A stretch of DNA of 64,000 bases from Moniliella sp. 'wahieum'. Its lineage: Eukaryota. Both the position numbers and the translations under genes were made by a program. The stretch covers positions 372,001 through 436,000 of the forward strand of contig RSEE01000054.1 of the NCBI GenBank assembly GCA_003971905.1, given 5' to 3'. Under the pieces are notes generated by a model. It was not told the origin of the DNA, ran no database searches, and worked only from the letters and a program-made list of their open reading frames with translations. Below are positions 63,688 to 64,000 of the stretch, one piece after another (position 1 is the stretch's first letter; every line of letters starts with the position of its first letter).

Positions 63688-64000
63688 TGCACATTTTCAC
63701 CAAAATGTGAGATGCTCCTCCTTGTTCAGGATCGATGGATGTGTCGCCTCGGGGCATACGCGAACCAACCCGATCAAATGCTAGTAGCTACGGCCAGCTA
63801 CAGCCTCTTGACATCCCATCCACCATGGGTATGCTGTAGCACCACTACATCATACTCCTCCCTCTCCCTCTTCTCTACGTTTACGCATACGCGCGAATTG
63901 TTATCAACAAAAGTTCACGCATTTCAGCAAAACTGTCATTGACAGTCAAGCTAGTCACAGGCCAGCTCAAAACTGCGCGGGTCCCAGTATGGTATATAGT

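Overview
Eukaryotic, GC-rich fungal DNA, most likely a basidiomycete. Affinity to the smut/Ustilaginomycotina group is inferred from intron-poor GC-rich genes with GT..CTRAC..YAG introns and from the style of the protein sequences. Almost every gene carries scattered 1-bp frameshifts, consistent with an unpolished long-read assembly, so CDS coordinates are outer spans stitched across frames. Order from left: transposon and LTR debris; a very long kinesin-4-type motor (-); a short Set1-like SET methyltransferase (+); divergent RPL19/RPS27; chorismate synthase; a ~15 kb lower-GC gene desert; a Zn2Cys6 transcription factor; TRM82; RRP14/SURF6; RCC1; a myo-inositol-type MFS transporter; an EH-like/NPF protein; NudC; an F-box protein; a GIT1-type MFS transporter; an orphan half-SDR plus Ala/Met-rich protein; dynactin p150; SEC13. 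The most striking unexplained signal is a 7-bp grammar in non-coding DNA: in-register arrays of a T-N-A triplet alternating with a 4-bp palindrome, with at least 12 different palindromes. It is dense in the desert and also present in several intergenic regions. I recognised no CRISPR array, rRNA or tRNA.
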